Positions 63,172 through 64,000 of a DNA stretch of 64,000 nucleotides are shown in pieces. The translations under genes were made by a program, and so were the position numbers. The stretch is taken from assembly GCA_038087875.1 (NCBI GenBank), contig CM075992.1:1614001-1678000 (forward strand), written 5' to 3'. The notes below the pieces were generated by a model that was not told where the DNA came from, did not search any database, and worked only from the letters and a program-made list of their open reading frames with translations. How positions within the stretch are numbered: the stretch's first letter is position 1; every line of letters starts with the position of its first letter. Source of the stretch: Malacoraja senta. Lineage: Eukaryota.

Positions 63172-63221
<50 letters not shown>

Positions 63222-63418
63222 GGGAGAGAGAGAGAGAGAAAAGGGGGAAAGTGCAGAGAATCAATTTTTGAAAATGTTTCCTCTTTTTCAACTCTACAGA
63301 TCAAAAGAATGAAGGAGGATAAAGGAACCTGATGGCCAATCCTGGATCTCACAGGCAATAAAGGCAGAATTAGACTGCGGTCAGTTAGTGAGTGAGTAAG
63401 TAAAAACACACAGTACAG

Positions 63419-63456
<38 letters not shown>

Positions 63457-64000
63457 GGGGGAACATACTGTGGTGAGTTGAGCAAGGTTTAATACTTACA
63501 GGGGGTGAAAGTACAAGTGGCAGAGAGAGAGAGAGAGAGCATTTTGGCCTTTTTCCCCACTTTTTGGTGGGTGAAAGTTGCCTGCAGCAGCCCCCCCCCC
63601 CCCCCCCCCCCAGTGGTACGAAGGAATTTGCTCCTAGCCTCCAAATGTCAGGTCGTACTCCCCTCCTGTCATATGACCTGATGACAAGTGATAAGAGCAG
63701 AATAAGGCCATTCGGCCCATCCAGTCTACTCTGCCATTCAATCATGACTGATCTATCTCTCCCTCCTAAACCCATTCTCCTGCCATCTTTCCCATAACCC
63801 CGGACACCCGTACCAATCAAGAATCTATCTATCTATCTCTGCTTTAAAGATACCCACTGAATTGGCCTGCGCAGCCTTCCGTGACAAAGAATTGCACAGA
63901 TTCACCGCCCTCTGACTAAAGAAATTCCTTCTCATCTCCTTCCTCAAGGAAGGTCCTTTTATTCTGAGGCTGTGACCTCTGGTCCTGGACTCTTCCGCTA

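Noticed and set aside
62788..63409. Overlapping 110-183 aa ORFs
   Set aside because: Produced by the 23-bp minisatellite and GA/CT tracts.

Overview
Repeat-rich vertebrate genomic DNA, most likely from a cartilaginous fish (skate/ray-like, inferred from HE1/V-SINE-type SINEs and CR1 tails). Four spliced protein-coding genes lie on the minus strand. From right to left they are: the last two exons and 3'UTR of dynamin-2 (DNM2); five exons of PLPPR2, whose 5' exons are absent at a 200-N assembly gap; a complete six-coding-exon TLCD4/TMEM56-like gene (256 aa); and the first two coding exons of calponin-1 (CNN1). Most other ORFs in the track are repeat-derived or spurious. Repeats include CR1 3' fragments, V-SINEs, Rex1/Babar and L2 tails, PIF/Harbinger MITEs and many fold-back Penelope-derived elements. 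Main observations: (1) two copies of a ~140-nt TSD-flanked retroposon in CNN1 intron 1 whose first 54 nt fold by eye into a minimal HDV/CPEB3-like self-cleaving ribozyme; (2) the fold-back elements are Penelope-like termini with minimal hammerhead motifs, tied to a GIY-YIG remnant; (3) a 1.3-kb CpG-rich tandem array of CTCF-like motifs between PLPPR2 and the TLCD4-like gene; (4) frameshifting tandem splice donors in PLPPR2 that would give two different C-termini. All calls were made by eye, and no searches or folding programs were run.
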